Source of the DNA: Candidatus Hodarchaeota archaeon
GTDB lineage: Archaea > Asgardarchaeota > Lokiarchaeia > Sigyniarchaeales > SOKP01
DNA: 64,000 bases
Assembly: GCA_048887225.1 (NCBI GenBank)
Contig: JBHLJY010000004.1
Location: 128,001 to 192,000, forward strand
Direction of reading: 5' to 3'
The notes under the pieces are model-generated. The model saw only the letters and a program-made list of their open reading frames with translations, was not told the DNA's origin and made no database searches. Shown here in pieces: positions 20,281 to 29,791 of the stretch; position 1 is the stretch's first letter, and each line of letters starts with the position of its first letter. The position numbers and the translations under genes were made by a program.

Positions 20281-21321
20281 ATGGATATTCTTAAAGGGAT
20301 TGAAGGGGATTATATTGAAACAAAAGATAATTTATTTTTTGATGTAAAAGGTATTCTTCATCCAAAGGATCGAAAAATTTGCTTTATAAGATTTTATCCT
20401 CATTCAGATGGAGATAGAGTAAAAAATAAAAAAAGATATAAAAAAATCTATGATTTAAAAGAAAGATATGAGTTTTTAAAAAAAGAATATCCTAAATATC
20501 TCTTTTTCTCTCAACAACTTGATTTAGAATTACAAGGAGTGAAAAGTGAAGATATTAAAAAAATCTATGAGCCTAGGGAATATTTTAAGAAAATATCTGG
20601 TAAAACCAATTTATCTGTCATAGAAAAATGTTCAAAAGAGTTATGTGAATTATTTATTTCTAAAGGAGAAGTACCTAATAATTCAATAGGAATAACTGGC
20701 TCACCCATGATTGGTTTAAGTAAAGATAATTCTGATATTGATTTGATTATTTACGGCACGGATGTAAGCTTGAAATTCCAAGACAGATTGAAAGGTATAT
20801 TGAATTTACATGGAAATTGCCGGAAATATAATATGCAAGAATTTTATTCTCATTATAAATGGAGAGTTGGAGGTTCTGATATATCGTTTGACAATTTTAT
20901 ACAATATGAACAAAGAAAACTTCATCAAGGAATTTTTAAAGGTTTTGAATTTTTTATCCGATATATAAAAAGCCCTGAACACTGGCAAGGAAGTTTTTAT
21001 GACTATAAATATAAGAATTGCGGCAGAATTAAACTTAAGGCAAAAATCATAGATGATAGAGATTCGATATTTACTCCATGTTCATATATGATTAAAGTTA
21101 TTAAAATTCTTGAAACCGATTTCCCATTTAGCGAGTTAAAACCAGATGATATTTGCGAAATTAATTCTTTCAGAGGTAGATTCTGCGAACAAGCAAAAAA
21201 AGGAGAACAAGTGTTCGTACAAGGAAAATTAGAGAACGTCAATTTTCAAGATAAAAAGAATTATTTTCGAGTATTATTAAACGATCAAATCCAAGATAAG
21301 ATGCTTCTTTCAGATATATAA
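20281..21321 (+). CDS. archaeal predicted nucleotidyltransferase (COG1665-like)
   Basis: FFDVKG..HP, IGITGS...GL....SDIDLIIYG, C-terminal OB-like F.PC.Y...SFRGRF.EQA..GE.V...G.LE. Confidence 0.75.
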   Translation: MDILKGIEGDYIETKDNLFFDVKGILHPKDRKICFIRFYPHSDGDRVKNKKRYKKIYDLKERYEFLKKEYPKYLFFSQQLDLELQGVKSEDIKKIYEPREYFKKISGKTNLSVIEKCSKELCELFISKGEVPNNSIGITGSPMIGLSKDNSDIDLIIYGTDVSLKFQDRLKGILNLHGNCRKYNMQEFYSHYKWRVGGSDISFDNFIQYEQRKLHQGIFKGFEFFIRYIKSPEHWQGSFYDYKYKNCGRIKLKAKIIDDRDSIFTPCSYMIKVIKILETDFPFSELKPDDICEINSFRGRFCEQAKKGEQVFVQGKLENVNFQDKKNYFRVLLNDQIQDKMLLSDI

Positions 21322-21409
21322 TTTTCTTCCCCTTTTAATTGACACTTTTGATAATTTTATTCAATTATACTTATTTTTTATAATTCTTTTATAATTATTA
21401 GAGCTACTA

Positions 21410-22486
21410 ATGAAGAAGATTGATCGTTATAAAGAACTAGTTGATATCGATCCCGATGATGTTGATGCGTGGATCAATTTGGGTGATAGTTATTACGATG
21501 ATGCTAATTATACCAAAGCTTTAGAATGCTATGAAAAAGTAGTAGAACTTAATCCCTATTCAAGCGAGGCATGGAATAATATAGGACTTTCTCATTCTTA
21601 TAATGGAGATTATAAGAATGCCATTGAATCCTACAAAAAAGCTATAAAGCTTGAACCTGATGATGCGATAGCATATTATAATTTGGGATTCTCTTACGAA
21701 GATTTGGAAGAGTTCGATAAAGCAATTAAATATTACAATAAAGCTTTAGAATTAGATCCGAGTTATACCGATGTTTTGAATAATATTGCCTTGATATACT
21801 GGAATAGAAATATGCACGATGAGGCAATTCAATGTTATAAGAAGGCGCTAAAAATTGATCCTGACAATGTTCTTATTTTAAAGAATTTAGCACAAATTTA
21901 TTACGATAAAAATGATTACGATAATGTTATATTCTACTATAATTTAGCTCTTGAGTTAGACACTGATAATGCTGTGATCTGGAATGATCTTGGTAATGTA
22001 TATTACGAAATAAACGAGTTTAACGAGGCCATTAAATGCTATAAAAAAGCTCTGAAAAGTAATCCATACTATATCGAGGCGTGGAATGGTCTTGGGCTCT
22101 CTTATACTTTTAGTGAAAAATACGAAAAATCAATAGAGTGTTATAAAGAAGCCCTTAAACTTGACTCTAACGACGACGTTCTATATGATAACATTGGTTT
22201 TAGTTATAACAAACTAAAAATGTACGATAAGGCTATAAAATATTATAAAAAGTCTTTAGGACTAAATCCAGATTCTTCTACGGTTTGGAAAAGTTTAGCA
22301 ATCGTATATCATAACAGAGATGATTATGATAACGCGATTAGATGTTATAAAAAAGCTTTAGATTATCTACCTCATGATTACGAAATTTGGAACAAACTTG
22401 GCTATATATATGATTCTAGAAAAGAATTTAAAAAAGCTGAAGAGGCTTATAATGAAGCTTCGAAATGGAAATCCAAAGTTTCTTAA
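21410..22486 (+). CDS. tetratricopeptide repeat protein (~10 TPRs)
   Basis: 34-aa repeats AWxNLG..Y...Y.KAI.CY.KAL.LDP throughout. Confidence 0.92.
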   Translation: MKKIDRYKELVDIDPDDVDAWINLGDSYYDDANYTKALECYEKVVELNPYSSEAWNNIGLSHSYNGDYKNAIESYKKAIKLEPDDAIAYYNLGFSYEDLEEFDKAIKYYNKALELDPSYTDVLNNIALIYWNRNMHDEAIQCYKKALKIDPDNVLILKNLAQIYYDKNDYDNVIFYYNLALELDTDNAVIWNDLGNVYYEINEFNEAIKCYKKALKSNPYYIEAWNGLGLSYTFSEKYEKSIECYKEALKLDSNDDVLYDNIGFSYNKLKMYDKAIKYYKKSLGLNPDSSTVWKSLAIVYHNRDDYDNAIRCYKKALDYLPHDYEIWNKLGYIYDSRKEFKKAEEAYNEASKWKSKVS

Positions 22487-22542
22487 ATTATTAATAAAAT
22501 TTGAATTAAACTTTTTATTATATCAAGATCTTTTACTAACTA

Positions 22543-23841
22543 ATGGACATTTTCAACGCTGATTTACATATTCACTCACCCAAATCAATTGCTGTGTCTA
22601 AGTCGTTAAATTTAGACACTATGTATAAAACCTGCAAAAAGAAAGGATTAAATATTCTAGGTACCGGTGATATATTACAACCACAATGGCTAAAATACAT
22701 GGAAAATAACCTTGAAAAAGATAAATATGGAGCTTTTCATTATAAAGATATTTATTTTATTTTACAGACTGAAATTGAAGATAAAGAAAGCATTCATGAA
22801 GTAGTTTTTTTTCCTGATTTTGATACGGTAAGAGAAATCCAAACAAAATTAAAACCCTATTCAAAAAATATACTAAATAAATGGGGTGGTCGACCAAGAG
22901 TAAATTTATCTCCTGCTGAGTTAGTTAATCTAACAATTGATTCAAATTGTTTAATAGGTCCCGCACATGCTTTCACACCTTTCAAAGCCATATTTAGACA
23001 AAATAAATTTAAAACTCTCAAGGATTGTTATCAGGATGCCGCTAAAAAGGTATCATTTATAGAATTAGGATTATCTGCAAATACTCCTCTTGCCGACCGA
23101 TTAGAATGTTTGAAAAATATTTCATTTTTGAGTAATTCTGACGCACATTCGGAAAATCCCCGTTCTTTAGGAAGAGAATTTAATAAATTTGATATTGATA
23201 ATCCATCACTTGAAGAAATTCGATTAGCACTTCAGAGAAAAAACAATAGAAAAATAACATTAAATGTAGGACTCCATCCTAAACTCGGTAAATATTACAA
23301 CATGTTCTGTAATAAATGCAGAAGAAGAATATTGTTTAATAAAGCGGATACAATTTTCAATCAATATTCTATTACTGAGAATTTTATCCTCTTTTTCACT
23401 AATGATCCTCAAAAAGCTAAAGAGGACTATATTATTCAGGTAGCAAAAGAAAAAATGATGTGTCCTGCTTGTAAAGTAACTTTAAAAAAAAATTCTAAAA
23501 TTAAATTGGGTGTAAGTGAAAGAATTGACATCATCTCATCTTACCAAAAGCCTCGACATCCTAACCATAGACCTCCTTATATTAATGCTATACCCCTTAT
23601 CGATATTATTCGTTCAGTAAAAAGCATTAAAAGTACTAATAGCAAAACAGTTTCAGATCTCTATGATAGAATTATAAAAGAACTTGGTACAGAATTTGAA
23701 ATATTACTTAATGTACCAATAAGTAGGATCGAAAAATTTGACGCAAAGATATCCTCTGTAATAAATGCCCTTAGAATTAAAGAGATTGAATACACTCCAG
23801 GGGGGGGAGGAAAATACGGACGTATAAAATTAGATTTATAA
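22543..23841 (+). CDS. endonuclease Q-like PHP-domain protein
   Basis: ADLHIHS, GTGD, GPAHAFTP, ELGLSA, LSNSDAHS, LGREFN, LGKY, CxxC/CPxC, GVSER, PGGGGKYG. Confidence 0.85.
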   Translation: MDIFNADLHIHSPKSIAVSKSLNLDTMYKTCKKKGLNILGTGDILQPQWLKYMENNLEKDKYGAFHYKDIYFILQTEIEDKESIHEVVFFPDFDTVREIQTKLKPYSKNILNKWGGRPRVNLSPAELVNLTIDSNCLIGPAHAFTPFKAIFRQNKFKTLKDCYQDAAKKVSFIELGLSANTPLADRLECLKNISFLSNSDAHSENPRSLGREFNKFDIDNPSLEEIRLALQRKNNRKITLNVGLHPKLGKYYNMFCNKCRRRILFNKADTIFNQYSITENFILFFTNDPQKAKEDYIIQVAKEKMMCPACKVTLKKNSKIKLGVSERIDIISSYQKPRHPNHRPPYINAIPLIDIIRSVKSIKSTNSKTVSDLYDRIIKELGTEFEILLNVPISRIEKFDAKISSVINALRIKEIEYTPGGGGKYGRIKLDL

Positions 23842-23879
23842 AAATTATACCTAAGAAGAAAATATTTTAGTAGTTACAC

Positions 23880-24122
23880 TTAAATTTCAAAATCTAAATT
23901 TAAATTTAGTAGTTCGCCACACGAACAAACCATCCAATCAAATATCTTTAGCGAAACAATCATTTGCTCAATGTTTTTTTGATAAAATTGATTTTTAAAC
24001 GTTTTCTTATAATTACAATTAGGACAACTAAGGGTAGCTTTCACTTTAATTATGTTTTTTTCAAACTTCGATTTATTCTGAGACTCTTTGGTGTTTCCGG
24101 CTTGATTATAATCAATTTCCAA
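23880..24122 (-). CDS. small zinc-ribbon protein
   Basis: CPNC...CSCG; SD-like AAGGGG upstream of TTG; divergent from ftsZ. Confidence 0.65.
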   Translation of the reverse strand: MEIDYNQAGNTKESQNKSKFEKNIIKVKATLSCPNCNYKKTFKNQFYQKNIEQMIVSLKIFDWMVCSCGELLNLNLDFEI

Positions 24123-24280
24123 AATACCGACCCCTTAGTAGTTAATATAATAGAGAAAACTTTGATTTATAAATCTATCTTCATTAAAGTTATAATTTGT
24201 TTAAGACAAAGACTTTGAATATTTAAAAATTTTCAACTTGGAAATAGAAAAAGTTTTCTGATTTTTCCTTCGCTAAATCG

Positions 24281-24332
24281 ATAATATTTGCATATTACAT
24301 TCAAATATTATTCCAATATGATTTGCGTATTA
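24281..24332. promoter_or_regulatory. inverted and direct repeat array upstream of ftsZ (candidate operator)
   Basis: Perfect 10-bp IR ATAATATTTG (24281-90) / CAAATATTAT (24302-11); direct repeat ATTTGCRTATTA at 24286 and 24321. Confidence 0.4.
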
Positions 24333-24363
24333 TGAGTATAAAATAATATTAGAGATAACAAAA

Positions 24364-25506
24364 TTGAAAGAAATTGATTTAAAAGATATATCAAACTTGT
24401 TCGAATTTTCAAGATCAGAACCAGCAATAAGCTCAAGATTTAAACAACTCCCTTATATAAAAGGGAATGTGATTTCGAATCAAATTTACGATAATGATGA
24501 TTACTTATCGAATTTATTAAAAATCTTAAAGGTTAAAACGCTAGTTGTTGGCGTTGGTGGAGCAGGTAATAATACCATTTCAAGGTTACAAGAAATGGGC
24601 TTAATGGGCACTGAAACTTTAAATATAAATACTGATGCTCACGATTTATATTATTCAAACGCAGAAAAAAAAATATTAATAGGCAAAGAACAATGTAATG
24701 GTCTGGGTTCGGGAAACAATCCTATTATTGGTTCGGAAGCTGCAGAAGAGGATGTTGATAGGCTCAATAAAATATTAAACGCAGATATAGTATTTTTAAC
24801 ATGTGGATTAGGCGGCGGTACAGGAACTGGAGCAGCACCTATTATTGCGAGAGAAGCAAAAAAGAATAATGCTTTGGTGGTGACATTTTGTTCAATGCCT
24901 TTCATGAGCGAAGGATCTCAAAGAAGACTAAGAGCAAAAATAGGTCTTAAAAAACTTGCTGAATATTCCGATTCTATTATTCCTTTACCCAACGATAATC
25001 TTCTTAAATTAATTCCTAATGCTCCTATTTTGACATGCTTCAAAGTAATGGACGAAGTTTTAGTAAGAAGCATAAGAGAGATTGTTAATCTCATTAATAC
25101 TTGCGGAATAATAAATATAGATTTTGCTGACGTAAGAAAAATATTTGAAAAAAGTAATGACTATCCTTCAGGATTAATTGGAATAACGGAAACTCTAGGA
25201 AAAGAAAAAGATATTATTCAAAAGTCAAAATTAGCCATACATAATCCCCTTTTAAAACCAGATACTAACGAGGTCGATCGTTGTTTGATATCAGTTTCAA
25301 GCGATCATAAATTATCATTGTCAAATATAGACAAAATAGTATCTACAATAACCAATGAGGTTCCTGAGGAAGCGAAAATAAAGTTTGGCGCAAATATGGA
25401 TCCTAATTTAGATGCTAAAATTAGAATTATGGTCTTAGGAAAAGGCCCAATCTCTCCCTATGTAAGGGCAGCTGTAAATTTAGAAGAAGATCTTCCATTT
25501 CAATGA
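24364..25506 (+). CDS. ftsZ: cell division GTPase FtsZ
   Basis: VVGVGGAGNN, INTD, GLGSGNNP.IG, GLGGGTGTGAAP, PF..EG..R, T7 loop GIINIDFADV. Confidence 0.95.
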   Translation: MKEIDLKDISNLFEFSRSEPAISSRFKQLPYIKGNVISNQIYDNDDYLSNLLKILKVKTLVVGVGGAGNNTISRLQEMGLMGTETLNINTDAHDLYYSNAEKKILIGKEQCNGLGSGNNPIIGSEAAEEDVDRLNKILNADIVFLTCGLGGGTGTGAAPIIAREAKKNNALVVTFCSMPFMSEGSQRRLRAKIGLKKLAEYSDSIIPLPNDNLLKLIPNAPILTCFKVMDEVLVRSIREIVNLINTCGIINIDFADVRKIFEKSNDYPSGLIGITETLGKEKDIIQKSKLAIHNPLLKPDTNEVDRCLISVSSDHKLSLSNIDKIVSTITNEVPEEAKIKFGANMDPNLDAKIRIMVLGKGPISPYVRAAVNLEEDLPFQ

Positions 25507-25592
25507 AGATAAAGTTTTTAAGATAAACTTTTTTTCATTTACGCATTATTAAGAAATATATTTTAATGAAATAATTTAATGGAAGAAAAGAA

Positions 25593-26051
25593 ATGAATAA
25601 AAACCTAAAGAAAATGCCCGAAGAAGAGTTAAAAAAGGAAATTCGCGATTTTTTAAATAAAAGAAAAGTGTTAGTATTATGTACTTGTGCTAATAATATA
25701 CCACGTGCCACACCGATGGATTTTTATGTTGATAAAAAATCTGATGATTTTATTATTTATGTAGGTCCCGCTCCAGGCAGAAAGGTTCAAAATATCGAGG
25801 AAAATCCAATTGTGAGTATAGGTATTTATACACCATTGGACACTGGAAAGATACAAGGGATGCAAATTACGGCATCTAGTAAAGATAGATTGATTTTTTT
25901 AAGAAAAGGTGATAATGGATTCGATCACGCGCAAAAAATAGTCCGAGGGAAAAGAAAATTGTTATTAAAGATTATTCCAGAGAAAATCGAGTTGCTTGAT
26001 TATGATTTTATTAAAAACGGATACGCACGACTTCAATCTTTAGAATTATAA
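25593..26051 (+). CDS. pyridoxamine 5'-phosphate oxidase family protein
   Basis: LVLCT..NNIPRATPM, RKVQNIEENP.VSI, LLKIIPEKIE. Confidence 0.75.
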   Translation: MNKNLKKMPEEELKKEIRDFLNKRKVLVLCTCANNIPRATPMDFYVDKKSDDFIIYVGPAPGRKVQNIEENPIVSIGIYTPLDTGKIQGMQITASSKDRLIFLRKGDNGFDHAQKIVRGKRKLLLKIIPEKIELLDYDFIKNGYARLQSLEL

Positions 26052-26102
26052 TATCATAAATAAATAAGAAAAATAAATATGGAACTTTTATAGCAAAAAT
26101 AA

Positions 26103-26681
26103 TTACGCAAAGGCTCCGTATATCGAATGTAATTTTTCAGCTAGTGTTGTAAATGCTTCGTTTACGCCTGCTCCTGACAAGGCACTAGTTAAATAATAAC
26201 CAAGAAAATTCCATCCTCTGACCATTTTTTCAATATTGTAGTTTGATTTAGGGTAATCTTTGTTTTGAACTAAATTATCGATATCTTGAATTAAATCGAT
26301 TTTATTTCCAAATAGAATTATAGGCAGAAAGCCGCAATGTTTCTTGATATCTACTAACCATTTAGATATATTTTGAAAACTTAAATTTCCCTGCTCATTT
26401 GCTTCGTGAGAGAAAACTATAATACATGCTCTACTCCCTCTATAGAAACCCGCACGAAGCTGGGCAAAAGATTCTTGACCTGCAATGTCCCAAAAAACTA
26501 ATTCTATGGGAGTTCCTTGAACTACTGTTTCATGTTTGGTGAACTGCGCACCAAGCGTCATAATGTATTCTTCTTTAAACTCGCCTTTGGTATATTTTCT
26601 AATCAGAGATGTTTTTCCTACAGCCCCATCACCTATTACAGTCACTTTAAAAACAAATCCTCTCTTGTCTTCATCATTCAT
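26103..26681 (-). CDS. Rab-like small GTPase (no CAAX)
   Basis: FKVTVIGDGAVGKTS, Y.MTLG, WDIAGQ, FYRG, GNKID, TSA. Confidence 0.93.
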   Translation of the reverse strand: MNDEDKRGFVFKVTVIGDGAVGKTSLIRKYTKGEFKEEYIMTLGAQFTKHETVVQGTPIELVFWDIAGQESFAQLRAGFYRGSRACIIVFSHEANEQGNLSFQNISKWLVDIKKHCGFLPIILFGNKIDLIQDIDNLVQNKDYPKSNYNIEKMVRGWNFLGYYLTSALSGAGVNEAFTTLAEKLHSIYGAFA

Positions 26682-26835
26682 GATAAAATTTCTTATTTTT
26701 TTTTTATATTCTTGCCTAAATAGTAATAAAAAAATATTTTAAATCTTTACAAAAAGATAGATACAATGAGTTGTTAAAAATAAAATACGGAGAATGTTTA
26801 TTTTAATATATATCGTCAAATGATAATTTACTAAC

Positions 26836-29778
26836 TTGATTCAAGTGTTAAGTGATAAGGAACAAAAAAAAATTTTTAAGGAAATTGCTTCAAAAGATCC
26901 AGATAATTATTTTCCTACTAAGGAACTTAGAGAATTAGGCTATATACGAAAACATTGTAGTTGTTGTGAAAATTATTTCTGGACGACTCATGAAGACCGT
27001 GAAGTTTGTGGAGATCCAGCATGCTCAGGTGGATTTCAGGTTGTAATAGATAATCCCTCTCCAGTTAAATTATCTTTTATCGATGTATGGAATAAAATAG
27101 TTGAGATTTTGGAGCCAAGAGGCTATAAACCAATAAATAGGTATCCTTGTGTCTCAAGATGGAATCCCACCTCAGAATTTACAATTGCTTCCATTTCTGC
27201 ATTTCAACCTTATGTTATAACTGGAGAAGTGGAACCTCCAGCTAAAAAACTTCTAATACCCCAATTCTGTTTGCGGTTTAATGACATAGAGAATGTAGGT
27301 TTGACGGGTTCACATTGCTGTGGCTTCGTGATGATAGGTCAGCATACGTTTGTTTCTCAGGAAGAATGGGATCAAGGGCAGCTTTTCATGGATATGCATG
27401 ATTTTATCCATAAAGGGGTAGGTCTTGCAAAAGAAGAGATCACCATTCACGAAGATAGTTGGGCTGGTGGAGGATCATTTGGTTGTTGTCTCGAGTTTTT
27501 TAGTAGAGGTGTCGAGCTCTTTAATCAAGTTTATACTATGTTTGAACAAACACCAGAAGGCCCACGTGAATTACAACTTAAAGTCTTAGATATGGGGCTT
27601 GGTCAAGAGCGTGTTGCGTGGTTTTCTCAAGGGACCCCTAATATGTATGAAGCTATTTTTCCCTATGTATTGTCAAAATTAAGAAAAATAACAAGGATCA
27701 AATTAGACTTAGACCTTTATAATAGATTTTCACAATATTCAGCTTATCTAAATATTGATGAAGTTGAAGATATGGATGCTGCTTGGCAAAAAGTAGCTAA
27801 CGAATTAAAGATAGGCGTAGATGAGTTAAAAGAAAAAATTTTACCTATGACGGGATTGTATTCAATCGCAGAACATGCCCGTAGCTTGCTTTTTGCGATT
27901 AACGATGGAAAGCTTCCTTCAAATGTGGGGGGAGGATATAATTTAAGGGTTATTTTTAGGCGTGCTATTAGTTTTATTGATAGTTTCAATTGGAATATTG
28001 ATATGGCAGATGTGTGTGTTTGGCATGCTGAAGAATTAAAAGGACTTTTTCCAGAAGTTTCGGAACATCTAGATGAAATTAGAGAAATTCTCGATGTCGA
28101 GAAAGAGAAATTTTATGCAACTAAGAAAAAAGCTAGAAAAATTTTAGAGAAGGTTATGAAAAAAGGTAAAATTTCCACAGAAACTTTAATTGAATTGTAT
28201 GATTCAAACGGAATTAGTCCCGATATGGTAAAAGAAGCGGCAAAGAAATACAATGTTATAGTAAAAATACCTGATGACTTCTATTCATTAGTTGTTGAAA
28301 AACACGAAAAAATTGAACAAATTCATGCTACAGAAAGAAGAATGGAATTAGATTTGAAAGGAATTCCTGAGACTGAATCTCTATATTATTATGATTATAC
28401 TAAGATTTCCAATGAAGCAAAAATTCTGAAAATAATTGATAGTATGGTAGTATTAGATAAATCAGTTGCGTATCCAACTTCAGGAGGTCAGCTACACGAT
28501 ATTGGAACAATCAACGGCCAAAAATTCAGTGATGTTTTCAAACAAGGCAACTACATTATTCATGTATTAGATGAAACACCTAATTTTAAGGAAGGCGACA
28601 AAGTTAAAATTGAAGTAGATAAATCTTGGCGTACTCAACTTTCCCAACACCATACAGCAACTCACATTGTTAATGCTGCTGCTCGAGAGGTGTTAGGCAG
28701 CCATATAAATCAAGCAGGTGCTAAAAAAACGCTTAAAAGTTCACATCTGGATATTACCCATTTTGAACAAATTCCGCGTGAAAAGCTCAAAGAAATTGAG
28801 AAAAGAGCAAATGATATCGTAAAACAAGAAATTGACTTATACTTAGATTTTTTACCTAGAACAGAGGCAGAACAAAAATATGGAATGACAATTTATCAGG
28901 GCGGAGCAGTACCTGGTAAGAGGGTTAGGATTGTAGAGGTCCCTGGTATAGATGTAGAGGCGTGTGGTGGAACCCACCTTAACAATACAGCAGAAACTGG
29001 AAATATAAAACTTATAAAATCGCAAAAAATACAAGATGGCGTAGTGCGATTAAAATTTACAGCCGGTAAAGCAACTCACCGAATGCAGAAAAAGGATGAG
29101 CAAATTTTGGATGATTTACAGTCCATAATAAATGTTGATTCTAAACTACTTGTTGGAAGGATTAAAGAACTTTTAGAAAAAAGAAATAAACTCGCATATA
29201 AAGCACCAAAAGCAACAAAAGATGATTTAGAACTAACATCCGAAGAGGTATTTGAAGGAGATATTTTACATGAACTAACAAATTACCTAAATGTGAAAAA
29301 AGACGACTTAATTTCCAAAATTAAAAAAATATTAGATGAATGGGAAAACGCAAAACAAAATTTATCCCAAAAAGCCTATTATTTTAGTAATGAATTTAGG
29401 AGCGATTTAAATAAAAATGCATATTATTATCTTGGTGCTAAAGTTGTTACTTCAAGAATTTGGGGTGTTGATCAAAAATCTGTTCAAGATATAAGTTCCA
29501 ATGTTATGAAATATTCTGATAATACTATCGCAATGTTTTACAATGAAGACAACAAAGGTACTTATGTTACTGGGATGGTTAGTGCTGATCTCGCCAAAAA
29601 AGCACATATAAATATGGGCAACATTGTCAAGCAAGTGACCAGTACTTATCATGGGAGGGGTGGTGGGAGTAGAGATTATGGATCTGGTTTTGTACCTAAA
29701 ACTTATGCAACTACTGATCAACTTATGAAATATACACAGAAGCATTTCTTTAGTGAGGAAATGGAAGATGATGAATGA
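26836..29778 (+). CDS. alaS: alanine--tRNA ligase, archaeal type
   Basis: N-terminal Zn motif CSCC..FW...CGDPAC, FTIASI..FQP, CLRFNDIENVG.TG.H, DMGLGQER, editing HHTATH and ACGGTH, C-Ala GRGGG. Confidence 0.96.
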   Translation: MIQVLSDKEQKKIFKEIASKDPDNYFPTKELRELGYIRKHCSCCENYFWTTHEDREVCGDPACSGGFQVVIDNPSPVKLSFIDVWNKIVEILEPRGYKPINRYPCVSRWNPTSEFTIASISAFQPYVITGEVEPPAKKLLIPQFCLRFNDIENVGLTGSHCCGFVMIGQHTFVSQEEWDQGQLFMDMHDFIHKGVGLAKEEITIHEDSWAGGGSFGCCLEFFSRGVELFNQVYTMFEQTPEGPRELQLKVLDMGLGQERVAWFSQGTPNMYEAIFPYVLSKLRKITRIKLDLDLYNRFSQYSAYLNIDEVEDMDAAWQKVANELKIGVDELKEKILPMTGLYSIAEHARSLLFAINDGKLPSNVGGGYNLRVIFRRAISFIDSFNWNIDMADVCVWHAEELKGLFPEVSEHLDEIREILDVEKEKFYATKKKARKILEKVMKKGKISTETLIELYDSNGISPDMVKEAAKKYNVIVKIPDDFYSLVVEKHEKIEQIHATERRMELDLKGIPETESLYYYDYTKISNEAKILKIIDSMVVLDKSVAYPTSGGQLHDIGTINGQKFSDVFKQGNYIIHVLDETPNFKEGDKVKIEVDKSWRTQLSQHHTATHIVNAAAREVLGSHINQAGAKKTLKSSHLDITHFEQIPREKLKEIEKRANDIVKQEIDLYLDFLPRTEAEQKYGMTIYQGGAVPGKRVRIVEVPGIDVEACGGTHLNNTAETGNIKLIKSQKIQDGVVRLKFTAGKATHRMQKKDEQILDDLQSIINVDSKLLVGRIKELLEKRNKLAYKAPKATKDDLELTSEEVFEGDILHELTNYLNVKKDDLISKIKKILDEWENAKQNLSQKAYYFSNEFRSDLNKNAYYYLGAKVVTSRIWGVDQKSVQDISSNVMKYSDNTIAMFYNEDNKGTYVTGMVSADLAKKAHINMGNIVKQVTSTYHGRGGGSRDYGSGFVPKTYATTDQLMKYTQKHFFSEEMEDDE

Positions 29779-29791
29779 TTATATTTCCAAT

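Noticed and set aside
21410-22486. Periodic ~102-nt nucleotide similarity
   Set aside because: Explained by TPR coding repeats; not CRISPR.
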